Below, piece by piece: positions 1 to 8,220 of a stretch of 32,000 nt of DNA (its first letter is position 1; each line of letters starts with the position of its first letter). Made by a program: the position numbers and the translations under genes. Source of the stretch: Sporohalobacter salinus (GTDB lineage Bacteria; Bacillota; Halanaerobiia; Halobacteroidales; Acetohalobiaceae); assembly GCF_016908635.1 (NCBI RefSeq), contig NZ_JAFBEG010000002.1, positions 83,725 to 115,724 on the forward strand. Direction: 5' to 3'. The notes beneath the pieces were generated by a model, which was not told the origin of the DNA, ran no database searches, and saw nothing but the letters and a program-made list of their open reading frames with translations.

Positions 1-5
1 ATAAG

Positions 6-413
6 ATGGCTAATACCGTTCAGGTTGATATTTTAACTGCAGAGCGGACTGTCTATAGTGAAGAAGTAGAGATGGTAATTGTTCCTGCTATAGATGGTGA
101 TTTAGGCGTTCTGCCTAATCATGCGCCGTTGGTTACAGGTTTAGATATAGGTAAAATTAGAATAAAAAAAGATGGAGAAGAGATTAAATTGGCTACTAGC
201 GGCGGTTTTATGGAAGTAAAGCCTGATCAAGTTAATATTTTAGCTGATACAGCAGAATTTCCCGATGAAATTGATATAAAGCGAGCTAAAGATGCTAAAA
301 ATCGGGCTGAAAACCGTCTGCAGAAAAATAAAGATAGAATAAATGATACTAGAGCTGAAGTTGCTTTGCAGCGGGCTATTAATAGAATTGATGTAGCTAA
401 CAAAGGGGAGTAA
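6..413 (+). CDS. atpC: F0F1 ATP synthase epsilon subunit
   Basis: 135-aa ORF. It has the AtpC-type beta-sandwich motif (IVPAIDGDLGVLPNHAPLVTGL...TSGGFMEV) and a C-terminal helical hairpin (AEVALQRAINRI). A hairpin plus T-run terminator follows. Confidence 0.9.
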   Translation: MANTVQVDILTAERTVYSEEVEMVIVPAIDGDLGVLPNHAPLVTGLDIGKIRIKKDGEEIKLATSGGFMEVKPDQVNILADTAEFPDEIDIKRAKDAKNRAENRLQKNKDRINDTRAEVALQRAINRIDVANKGE

Positions 414-414
414 G

Positions 415-441
415 GGAGAAATCTCTTATTCTCCTTTTTTT
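415..441 (+). terminator. Rho-independent terminator after atpC
   Basis: GGAGAA (415-420) pairs with TTCTCC (429-434) around an 8-nt loop, followed by T7 (435-441). Confidence 0.7.
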
Positions 442-493
442 GTATTTTATAGTTCTAATTCAGATATGATATATTTAGGGAGGTATTTGATAA

Positions 494-1084
494 ATGGGAC
501 CAAAGGATGAAGAGATAGAAGAAGAAGCAATTTTAAATCAGGACAAGAGCGAGTTAGAACAGACAATTTCTGCCGGGATTCATGGTGGTTTTGAGTTAAA
601 GAAAGGTGAAAAAAGAAGGTTTTTAGGTGAATTTAAAGAACGGGTAATTAAAACTTTAACTTTTAGCCAAATTGAAGAACCGGGAGTTTATCCAGAAATA
701 TTGGAAGCCATTAGAGATTCAAAAGCTAAAAAATTAATTATAAATCGGCAGGTTAATATGAAAGCAGCTAAAGAATATATTGATTTAGCACGTAAAAATA
801 AACTTTCATTTAAAAAAGTAGAATCGGATGAATTTAAAGGAAATATTGGATTGGTAGTAGTTAGTGACAAAGCAGTAAATAGGGAAAAGATAAAGGTTCC
901 TAATAAGAAAGAAAAATTTAAAGAATTAAATTTACCAGTGGAGTTAGTAGATAAAGCCGGTGAAAAGATTTGTGCTGAATGTTATGCTAAGATAGCTGAT
1001 GAAGCCCCAGAAGAATTAATAAATTTTGAAAAGATGAACTGGTTTGATAAATTATTTAATTCTTCTTGTTTTTGTCAGAAATAA
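494..1084 (+). CDS. DUF1694 / YueI-like protein with Cys-containing C-terminal tail
   Basis: 196-aa ORF with SD GGGAGG about 10 nt upstream. The core (AGIHGGFELKKGEKRRFLGEFKERVI...GLVVVSDKAVN) resembles the YueI/DUF1694 family as I recall it. The tail carries CAEC...CFC. Confidence 0.55.
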   Translation: MGPKDEEIEEEAILNQDKSELEQTISAGIHGGFELKKGEKRRFLGEFKERVIKTLTFSQIEEPGVYPEILEAIRDSKAKKLIINRQVNMKAAKEYIDLARKNKLSFKKVESDEFKGNIGLVVVSDKAVNREKIKVPNKKEKFKELNLPVELVDKAGEKICAECYAKIADEAPEELINFEKMNWFDKLFNSSCFCQK

Positions 1085-1214
1085 TTAAGTGATAAATTTA
1101 ACTTTTAAGCAGGATATTAGAATTAGAGCTCGAACTAAAAATAGTAGGAAAAGGAAAATTAAGCTAATATTTAAATATATTTTAATAGTAATTATATAGG
1201 AGGTAAGCTATCTA

Positions 1215-2465
1215 GTGCGTAAATTAGTAGTCAAAACAACTGATTATTTAGAGGGGAACATAAGTGTCAGTGGAGCTAAGAATGCAGCTTTACCTATTAT
1301 AACTGCTGCTTTATTAGGAGAAGGAAGTAGTAAATTAAGTGGAATACCGGATTTAAAGGATGTTAATAATTTAGTTAGTATTCTGTCAAATTTAGGTGCT
1401 GAAATTAATTTTACTGATAGTGAATTAGAGCTTAATACAGATGAGATTAATAAATATAGTACAGAGAGTGATTTAGCTAGAAAGATGAGGGCTTCTTATT
1501 ATACTTTAGGGGCTCTATTAGGTCGTTATGGTCAGGCCTGTACTGTTTTACCAGGAGGGTGTGAGATTGGAAATCGTCCTATTGATTTACATTTGAAAGG
1601 GTTTTCTGCTTTAGGAGCAGAAGTTAAGTTAGATCATGGAGTGGTAAAATTAGAAGCTGATAGATTAAAAGGAGCTAATATTTATCTTGACTATCCTAGT
1701 GTAGGAGCCACGATAAATATTATGTTGGCAGCTGTTATGGCTGATGGTGAAACTGTAATAGAGAATGCAGCTAGAGAACCGGAGATAATAGATTTAGCAA
1801 ATTATTTAAATATTATGGGAGCTGAAATCACTGGAGCAGGGACTGACATAATTAAGATTACAGGAGTAAATAAGCTAATAGGTAAAGATTATACTATTAT
1901 TCCTGATCGTATTGAAGCAGGGACCTATATGATGGCAGTGGCAGCAGTAGGTGGAGATGTTGTGATTGAAAATGTATTGGTAGAACATGTACGCCCCTTA
2001 ATAGCTAAGTTAAAAGAGATGGGAGTAGAAATAATTGAGGATATTAATCAGGTAAGAGTAAAATCAAACCAAGGCTTAAAAGGAACAGATATTAAAACTA
2101 TGCCTTATCCAGGTTTTCCAACTGATATGCAGGCTCAGTTTATGACTTTATTGACACAAGCAAGTAGCGAAAACTTAGTCATAGAGACAGTTTTTGAAAG
2201 AAGGTTTGGACATGTTGATGAATTAAGAAGAATGGGGGCTAAGATTAAAGTAGATGGAAGAAGTGCAGTAGTTGCCCAAGCAAATTTGGAAGGAGCTCAA
2301 GTTGAAGCTACAGATCTGCGAGCTGGAGCAGCACTCATTATTGCTGGTTTAGCAGCTAAAGGACAAACAGAAATTCAGAATATATATCATATTGAACGCG
2401 GTTATGAAGATATTACTGATAAGTTGAAGGGAATTGGAGCCAATATTGAATTAGTTGTAGAGTAA
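1215..2465 (+). CDS. murA: UDP-N-acetylglucosamine 1-carboxyvinyltransferase
   Basis: 416-aa ORF with GTG start and GGAGG upstream. MurA hallmarks are present: SGAKNAALPI, catalytic-loop Cys context (LPGGCEIGNRPIDLHL) and C-terminal IYHIERGYE. Confidence 0.95.
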   Translation: MRKLVVKTTDYLEGNISVSGAKNAALPIITAALLGEGSSKLSGIPDLKDVNNLVSILSNLGAEINFTDSELELNTDEINKYSTESDLARKMRASYYTLGALLGRYGQACTVLPGGCEIGNRPIDLHLKGFSALGAEVKLDHGVVKLEADRLKGANIYLDYPSVGATINIMLAAVMADGETVIENAAREPEIIDLANYLNIMGAEITGAGTDIIKITGVNKLIGKDYTIIPDRIEAGTYMMAVAAVGGDVVIENVLVEHVRPLIAKLKEMGVEIIEDINQVRVKSNQGLKGTDIKTMPYPGFPTDMQAQFMTLLTQASSENLVIETVFERRFGHVDELRRMGAKIKVDGRSAVVAQANLEGAQVEATDLRAGAALIIAGLAAKGQTEIQNIYHIERGYEDITDKLKGIGANIELVVE

Positions 2466-2498
2466 TATAATAAATTATAATTAAAATAACCAGTATAT

Positions 2499-2551
2499 AA
2501 TTCCCTCCTTTAACATAGGGGTTTAATAAGCCCAAATTTAGGGAGGGAATT
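2499..2551 (+). promoter_or_regulatory. Inverted repeat whose 3' arm contains the spoIID Shine-Dalgarno sequence
   Basis: AATTCCCTCC (2499-2508) is the exact reverse complement of GGAGGGAATT (2542-2551). The stem is extendable to 12 bp with T-A and T-G pairs, and no T-run follows. Confidence 0.35.
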
Positions 2552-2605
2552 GGAATAAAGAGACTAGTTTCAATCATTATAATCTTAAGTTTATTTACAA
2601 TACTG

Positions 2606-3472
2606 TTGGTACCAACAGTATTAATTGTAGGTGGAGATCTAATATTTAATTTTGGAACTAAAAAAATTACAGTTAAGGTAACAACCGAAGATAACCGAAT
2701 AATAGAATTGGAATTAGAAGAATATATTAAGGGAGTAATAGCAGCAGAAATGCCGGCAAGTTTTAGACTAGAAGCACTTAAGGCTCAAGCTGTAGCGGCA
2801 AGAAGTTATATTTTAACCCGTTTACAGGGAACAGACAAAAGAGAAGTATCTATTACAACAGATATTAATGTTGATCAAGCTTGGATTAGTAAACAGAAAT
2901 TGCTTGAAAAGCGAGGGAATTTAAAGAATTGGTTTAAAATATCTGAAGCTGTTAATTCTACAAGAGGGATATTTTTAACCTATAATGGTAAAATAGCAAC
3001 AACAGTTTATCATTCTGCTAGCGGGAATATAACAGCATCAGCTAAAAATGTATGGGGGAGAAAGGTACCTTATCTACAGCCAGTAAGTAGTAATTATGAA
3101 GCGGATTCTCCCTATAATCATTTTGTACAGAAATATTCGTTTGAAGATTTTGCTCGTAGGTTGGAGATAAGAGTATCTTCAGTAACTGATATAGAGATTT
3201 TAACTAGAAGTCCTAGTCAGCGGGTGTTAAAACTTCAGATTGGATCTCGAATTTTCACTGGAAAAGAGTTAAGAAGAGAATTAGGTTTAAAATCAACTAA
3301 TTTCAAGTATCAGATAAAGGATAATTATATTAAATTCATTACTACTGGTAATGGTCATGGAGTAGGAATGAGTCAATATGGAGCTAATGGAATGGCTGAG
3401 CAAGGATATAATTATCTAGAAATTTTAAAGCATTATTATCCAGGTATAAAAGTTAGGAAATTAAATTATTAA
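2606..3472 (+). CDS. spoIID: Stage II sporulation protein D (lytic transglycosylase)
   Basis: SpoIID-type motifs are present: EEYIKGVIAAEMPASF..EALKAQAVAARSY, YHSASGN and GHGVGMSQYGANGMA. TTG at 2606 is the first canonical start. The reading frame is open from 2519, and the N-terminal membrane helix appears to start near 2555 (see findings). Confidence 0.88.
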   Translation: MVPTVLIVGGDLIFNFGTKKITVKVTTEDNRIIELELEEYIKGVIAAEMPASFRLEALKAQAVAARSYILTRLQGTDKREVSITTDINVDQAWISKQKLLEKRGNLKNWFKISEAVNSTRGIFLTYNGKIATTVYHSASGNITASAKNVWGRKVPYLQPVSSNYEADSPYNHFVQKYSFEDFARRLEIRVSSVTDIEILTRSPSQRVLKLQIGSRIFTGKELRRELGLKSTNFKYQIKDNYIKFITTGNGHGVGMSQYGANGMAEQGYNYLEILKHYYPGIKVRKLNY

Positions 3473-3499
3473 TAAAAAATAGAATCTAAGTAAATAAGT

Positions 3500-3528
3500 G
3501 TATATTTATCTTGCCTCTGGAGATAATA
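3500..3528 (+). promoter_or_regulatory. Candidate forespore (sigma-F-like) promoter upstream of the spoIIQ-like gene
   Basis: GTATA (3500-3504), a 14-nt spacer, then GGAGATAATA (3519-3528). This matches my recollection of the B. subtilis sigma-F consensus (-35 GYATA, -10 GGnnAnAnTA). Confidence 0.4.
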
Positions 3529-3547
3529 ATTGATGGAGGTGAGATAA

Positions 3548-4438
3548 ATGTCTGATAGAGATGACAAAAAAAATGAGAGAAATAAGGAACAGAATGGATC
3601 GAAGGAAAAGAAGAAATTTCCTTTTTCAATTAAGAAAGACAGAGATAACATCAAATTAAAATTAAAAAAGAATATTGAGGAGTTAGCTAATAAATTTTCT
3701 TGGAAACGATTCGTAACTAGATTTGTAACTAATAAGAAATTTTTAGTTGGATTAGCAGTAATAATTTTAGCCGGAATTATTTTTATACCTCAATTAAGTG
3801 ATTCAACTTCTCAATCTAATCCATCTAATTCTGAGTCTAGTCGAGCTCAAGATAAGGTTATAACTTACGAACATATTCCATCTCAACAAGAAAAAGTTAA
3901 GCAAAACAACCAACAGCAGCAAACGGCGACAAAGAAGAAGGAGAAAGTAACTTCAAAGGAAGAAGTCAAAACTGATGTAGGAGATGACAAGGAAAGTAGT
4001 GTAGATGAGAATAAAAGTAAGCCTGTAATTCAACAAGCGAATATACAACCCAAATTCAATCTACCGGTAAAGGGGTCTGAGATTAGTCGTCCTTATGGTT
4101 GGAGCAAACATCCAATGTTAGAGGATTGGCGTTACCATCAAGGTATTGACTTGCAGGTAGCAAAGGGAACTTCAATCAAGGCTGCTGCTAGTGGTAAAAT
4201 AACTAAAATAAAAGAAGATGACTATTTAGGCTTGATTTTAATTATTAAACATAACAGTGATTATCAGACTATTTACGGCCATGCACAAGAATTTTATTTA
4301 AAAGAAGGTCAGCAGGTAAAAGCAGGGCAGGCCATAGGAAAAGTAGGATCTTCTGGTTTAGTTATAGAACCTACTTTTCATTTTGGTGTTTTAAAGGGGA
4401 ATGAAACAGTAGATCCAACTGAATATATTAATTTATAG
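3548..4438 (+). CDS. spoIIQ: Membrane-anchored M23/LytM-domain protein, probable stage II sporulation protein Q
   Basis: 296 aa. It has a K-rich N-terminus, one TM helix (FLVGLAVIILAGIIFI), a low-complexity linker and a C-terminal M23 domain (YHQGIDL, TIYGH, PTFHFGV). Its position between spoIID and spoIIID matches clostridial spoIIQ synteny. GGAGGTGA SD is present. Confidence 0.65.
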   Translation: MSDRDDKKNERNKEQNGSKEKKKFPFSIKKDRDNIKLKLKKNIEELANKFSWKRFVTRFVTNKKFLVGLAVIILAGIIFIPQLSDSTSQSNPSNSESSRAQDKVITYEHIPSQQEKVKQNNQQQQTATKKKEKVTSKEEVKTDVGDDKESSVDENKSKPVIQQANIQPKFNLPVKGSEISRPYGWSKHPMLEDWRYHQGIDLQVAKGTSIKAAASGKITKIKEDDYLGLILIIKHNSDYQTIYGHAQEFYLKEGQQVKAGQAIGKVGSSGLVIEPTFHFGVLKGNETVDPTEYINL

Positions 4439-4450
4439 TTAAGTGATTTA

Positions 4451-4481
4451 GTAGAGAGATTCTCATCTCTCTACTTTTTTT
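4451..4481 (+). terminator. Rho-independent terminator after the spoIIQ-like gene
   Basis: GTAGAGAGA (4451-4459) pairs perfectly with TCTCTCTAC (4466-4474) around a 6-nt loop, followed by T7 (4475-4481). Confidence 0.8.
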
Positions 4482-4524
4482 ATTTAAAAAGTACGGTAAA
4501 ATCTTGTTCCTCCTCGATTTAAAA

Positions 4525-4551
4525 CATATTTTTTAAAAAATCACATATATA
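4525..4551 (+). promoter_or_regulatory. Candidate mother-cell (sigma-E-like) promoter upstream of spoIIID
   Basis: CATATT (4525-4530), a 13-nt spacer, then CATATATA (4544-4551). This is a partial match to the recalled sigma-E consensus (ATATT...CATACA-T). The AT-rich background makes the call weak. Confidence 0.3.
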
Positions 4552-4584
4552 TTTATCAAGAATAGGGTAGGAGGGACAAAATTA

Positions 4585-4845
4585 ATGAAGGATTATATTT
4601 ATCAACGAGTATTAGAAGTAAGTAACTATATATATGAAACTAGAGCGACCGTTCGACAGGCAGCAAAAATATTTGGAGTGAGTAAGAGTACAATTCATAA
4701 AGATGTAACAGAAAGACTACACAAAATTGATAAGAGGCTAGCTAAAAAGGTAAAAAAGGTTTTAGAGTATAATAAAGCAGAAAGGCATATTCGAGGTGGG
4801 CAAGCTACTAGAGAAAAGTATTTATCTGAAGAGGAAAATAAATGA
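4585..4845 (+). CDS. spoIIID: Stage III sporulation protein D (HTH transcription factor)
   Basis: 86 aa. Close by eye to B. subtilis SpoIIID (RVLEVSNYI...ATVRQAAKIFGVSKSTIHKDVTERL...EYNKAERHIRGG). AGGAGGGA SD is present. Confidence 0.93.
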   Translation: MKDYIYQRVLEVSNYIYETRATVRQAAKIFGVSKSTIHKDVTERLHKIDKRLAKKVKKVLEYNKAERHIRGGQATREKYLSEEENK

Positions 4846-4945
4846 TCCTTCTTTTTTTGGTTATAAAACAGGAGAATTTTATTATGTCTAGAATAAAAAA
4901 GGATAAGGGAAATAAGAGGAAATGATATAAAAGTGAGGTGAAATT

Positions 4946-5683
4946 ATGTTGAGAGGACTTTATACTGCTGCTTCTGGAATGAATGCAGCATTGGAGAGAA
5001 CTAATATAATTACTAATAATTTATCTAACTCAAACACTCCAGGTTATAAAAAAGACCAGACTGTGAATAAATCTTTTTCGGAAATGTTATTAAACAGAAT
5101 GCCGGATCAAGAAGCAATTGGTAAAGCTGGTTTAGGAGCCAAAGTAGATCAGACAGTGACCGACTTTAGTGCTGGTAGTGTACATAGGACTGATAATTCA
5201 TTGGATTGGGCGATTGAAGGCGAAGGATTCTTTGCAGTTCAGACACCAAAAGGTGTCCGTTATACTAGGAGTGGAAATTTCACTCTAAGTCAGGATGGAC
5301 AAGTAGTTACTCAAAATGGTAACCCAGTTTTGGGGCAGGGAGGTTCTTTGCAGGTAGTTGGTGAGCAGGTTAATGTTGATAATCAGAATAATTTAGTTGT
5401 TGATGGTCAGGTAGTAGACCAAGTTAGAGTAGTGACCTTTTCTGATAATAATGGGTTAGTTAAGGAAGGCGACGATTTATATCGAGCTACTCCGGATGTA
5501 GGGAACCAATTTATGGCTACAGGTACTATTAATCAAGGTTATCTTGAGTCATCTAATGTGAATGTAGTCGAATCAATGACAAATATGATTGAAGCAACTC
5601 GTCATTATGAAACAAATCAGAGAGTAATAAAGACTTATGATAAGAGTTTAGATAAGGTAGTTAATTCTGTAGGTAGATTATAA
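4946..5683 (+). CDS. flgF: Flagellar basal-body rod protein FlgF (FlhO-like)
   Basis: 245 aa. N-terminal MLRGLYTAASGM...NNLSN..TPGYK and C-terminal GYLESSNVNVVESMTNMIEATRHYE are rod-protein signatures. It sits immediately upstream of flgG. Confidence 0.85.
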   Translation: MLRGLYTAASGMNAALERTNIITNNLSNSNTPGYKKDQTVNKSFSEMLLNRMPDQEAIGKAGLGAKVDQTVTDFSAGSVHRTDNSLDWAIEGEGFFAVQTPKGVRYTRSGNFTLSQDGQVVTQNGNPVLGQGGSLQVVGEQVNVDNQNNLVVDGQVVDQVRVVTFSDNNGLVKEGDDLYRATPDVGNQFMATGTINQGYLESSNVNVVESMTNMIEATRHYETNQRVIKTYDKSLDKVVNSVGRL

Positions 5684-5784
5684 TTAGGGGCTGGACTTAA
5701 AAAAGTGGCCTGGAATTGCGGACTGATAGAAGCAATTCTGTAATTTATCTAGTTGAAGTTAGATTTATAGGAGGTTAAAAAGTA

Positions 5785-6573
5785 ATGATTAGATCTTTAT
5801 GGACAGCAGCAACAGGAATGAAGGCACAACAGTTGAATATAGACACTATATCTAATAATTTAGCCAATGTAAATACAAGTGGATTTAAAAAGAGTAGAGT
5901 GAATTTTCAAGATTTAATGTATCAGTCATTGAGAGAAGCAGGAACACCTAATAATCAGGGGTCTCAAGTTCCGGCAGGAATAGAAGTGGGGCATGGTGTT
6001 CGCCCGGCTGCTACTCAGAAATTGTTTGCACAGGGTAGTTTTCAACAGACTGAAAATCCGTTGGATATGGCTATTGAAGGCGACGGCTTCTTTCAAGTAG
6101 TAAGACCAAATGGACAGGTAGCTTATACGCGTGATGGTTCATTTAAACGCGACAGCGATGGACGGATAGTTACTTCAGATGGTTATCCTCTTGAATCTGA
6201 TATTACAATTCCTGAAGATGCAACTGAGGTAAGTATTACTGCTGAAGGACGAGTAATGGTTAAGCAACCAGGTAATGAAGAGGTAACTGAAGTAGGTCAA
6301 ATTGAGTTAGCTCGATTTTCTAATCCTGCTGGATTAAAAAGTATTGGCCGAAATTTGTTTGCAGAGACGCCAGCTTCAGGAAATCCTACTGTTGATATAC
6401 CTACAGAAGATGGCTTTGGTACTATATCCCAGGGATATTTAGAGAAGGGGAATGTGAAAGTGGTTGAAGAGATGACAAATATGATTGCTGCGCAGCGAGC
6501 CTATGAAGTGAATTCTAAGGCTATTAGAGCTTCTGATGAGATGCTGCAGCAAGCTAATAATCTAAAGCGATAA
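5785..6573 (+). CDS. flgG: Flagellar distal rod protein FlgG
   Basis: 262 aa. [35 protein letters not shown] and C-terminal [29 protein letters not shown] are typical of FlgG. Confidence 0.92.
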   Translation: MIRSLWTAATGMKAQQLNIDTISNNLANVNTSGFKKSRVNFQDLMYQSLREAGTPNNQGSQVPAGIEVGHGVRPAATQKLFAQGSFQQTENPLDMAIEGDGFFQVVRPNGQVAYTRDGSFKRDSDGRIVTSDGYPLESDITIPEDATEVSITAEGRVMVKQPGNEEVTEVGQIELARFSNPAGLKSIGRNLFAETPASGNPTVDIPTEDGFGTISQGYLEKGNVKVVEEMTNMIAAQRAYEVNSKAIRASDEMLQQANNLKR

Positions 6574-6588
6574 GTGAGTTGATATCAA

Positions 6589-7578
6589 ATGGTTAACTGG
6601 AGACAGTTGCCGCTATTTAAATTAACCTTTCTATTATTAATTTTGTTATTACTAATTAGTTCAACAGGTTTTGCTCAGGATAAGATTAAGCTTGAAATTA
6701 ATCATAAAGTTAAGGCTGAGAAACAGAGCTTGCATTTAGGAGATATTGCAAAAATTGAAGCACCGTTAAAATTAAAGGAGCAACTAAGTACTATCAATTT
6801 AGGTCAGGCTCCTTTACCTGGCTATACCCGTGTGTTAAAGCGGGATTATATTCTTTCAGCACTGCAAAGAGAGGGATTTAATTCTAACAAAATTAGTTAT
6901 AAAATTCCTAAACAGATTAGAGTAACTACTCCTTATCAAGTGCTAGATAGGGAACAATTGGAAAAGAAAGTGCAGCAATATATTAAACAAAATTTGGCTG
7001 TCGGATCAGAAGATATTGAGATTGAGATTCAAAAAACAGATAAAGAAGTACGGCTTCCAGTTGGTAAAGTTAAATTACAGATTGGTAATGTTAATACAAA
7101 AAAATTATTAGGTCGAATAGCAATACCAGTTAATATCTATGTTGATGGAAAACTGGCTAAAAAGAAGTATGTTCAAGCTCAGATAACTGCTTATCAGAAA
7201 GTTTTGGTGGCTAAAGAATCAATTGAACGCCGTCAGAGTTTAGCAAAGGATTTATTCAAGTGGGAGAAAAGAGAATTAGCTAAACTTTATGGTAATCAAC
7301 CTTTTACAAATTTAGATTCTCTTTCGAATTATAGATTAGAACGAAGAATTAATTCTGGACAGATTTTAACTAAAAATTTAATCGAGATTCCCCCTTTAGT
7401 TAAACGAAGAGATAAGATAAAGATTGTGGCTGAAGTAGGTCAAGTTAGAGTTAGTACAGTTGGAGTTGCTTTGGAATCAGGAGCTGAGGGGGATATTATT
7501 AAAGTTAGGAATATAAAAAGTGATCAGGAGATAATGGCTAAAGTAATAGAGAAAAAGGTTGTAAAAGCAATTCTTTAA
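6589..7578 (+). CDS. flgA: Flagellar P-ring assembly chaperone FlgA
   Basis: 329 aa with a signal peptide (...STGFA/QD). The C-terminal SAF/FlgA-like region reads INSGQILTKNLIEIPPLVKRRDKIKIV...GVALESGAEGDIIKVRNIKSDQEIMAKV. It lies directly upstream of flgH and flgI. Confidence 0.75.
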   Translation: MVNWRQLPLFKLTFLLLILLLLISSTGFAQDKIKLEINHKVKAEKQSLHLGDIAKIEAPLKLKEQLSTINLGQAPLPGYTRVLKRDYILSALQREGFNSNKISYKIPKQIRVTTPYQVLDREQLEKKVQQYIKQNLAVGSEDIEIEIQKTDKEVRLPVGKVKLQIGNVNTKKLLGRIAIPVNIYVDGKLAKKKYVQAQITAYQKVLVAKESIERRQSLAKDLFKWEKRELAKLYGNQPFTNLDSLSNYRLERRINSGQILTKNLIEIPPLVKRRDKIKIVAEVGQVRVSTVGVALESGAEGDIIKVRNIKSDQEIMAKVIEKKVVKAIL

Positions 7579-7598
7579 GAAAATTGAGGTGTTAATTT

Positions 7599-8186
7599 AT
7601 GAAACATTCTACAATGAAGTTTTTTTTAATAGTAGGGTTAATTGCTATTTTGTTTTTAGCTACTAATCCATTATTAGCTGCTTCACTATATGAGGATAAT
7701 AATTCTCCTTATGGCGAACATAAAGCTAAAGAAACTGGGGATTTATTGACAGTTATTATTAGTGAAAGTTCAACGGCTAATCAACAGGCCAGCACTGAAA
7801 CGGAACAGAGTAATGAAGTAAATGTAGGACCAGGGGCTGGAGAATTAGATTTTGTTAAATTATTTCAACTTAGTCAAGATGATAGTTCTTCCGCTGATGG
7901 GAGTACCAGCCAGAGTGGAAGTTTAACTGCTCAAATGACAGTTCAAGTTACAGAAACATTGTCTAATGGTAATTTAAAGATTGAAGGTACAAAGGAAATT
8001 ACTATTAATGCTGAAACACAGAAGATTAAAGTATCAGGAATAGTTAGACCTGAAGATATTACTATTAGTAATACAATTAACTCTACAAAGATAGCTAATA
8101 GTAAGATTAAATATGTAGGAGAAGGTGCAATTGGTGATCGACAGCGGCCTGGTATATTAACTAAAATATTAAATATCTTTTTCTAG
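7599..8186 (+). CDS. flgH: Flagellar L-ring protein FlgH (no lipobox)
   Basis: 195 aa with a signal peptide ending LLAA/SL. FlgH motifs are present: GDLLTVIISES, LSNGNLKIEGTKEITIN...KVSGIVRPEDI...NTINSTKIANSKIKYVGEGA. Confidence 0.85.
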   Translation: MKHSTMKFFLIVGLIAILFLATNPLLAASLYEDNNSPYGEHKAKETGDLLTVIISESSTANQQASTETEQSNEVNVGPGAGELDFVKLFQLSQDDSSSADGSTSQSGSLTAQMTVQVTETLSNGNLKIEGTKEITINAETQKIKVSGIVRPEDITISNTINSTKIANSKIKYVGEGAIGDRQRPGILTKILNIFF

Positions 8187-8220
8187 TTTGGATTATTTAT
8201 TTTGGTGAGGTGGATATAGT

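Noticed and set aside
688-870. 60-aa antisense ORF inside the DUF1694-like gene
   Set aside because: It lies entirely antisense to a better-supported gene. It has no SD and low-complexity hydrophobic content typical of the reverse frame of AT-rich coding DNA.
3469-3654. 61-aa minus-strand ORF spanning the spoIID/spoIIQ-like junction
   Set aside because: It overlaps the promoter, RBS and 5' end of a supported + strand gene. Its F/L/S-rich translation is typical of the antisense of K/E-rich coding sequence, and it has no recognisable motifs.
4884-4925. 13-codon basic micro-ORF (MSRIKKDKGNKRK) with an AGGAGA SD, between spoIIID and flgF
   Set aside because: It is too short to evaluate, and such ORFs arise readily in A-rich spacers. 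I cannot assess conservation. It is worth revisiting only if ribosome profiling or conservation supports it.
5712-5739. Small hairpin (GAATTGC / GCAATTC, 12-nt loop) in the relatively GC-rich flgF-flgG spacer
   Set aside because: It has only 7-8 bp and no U-tract, and it sits inside an apparent operon. It could be an mRNA stability element, but the evidence is too thin to call.
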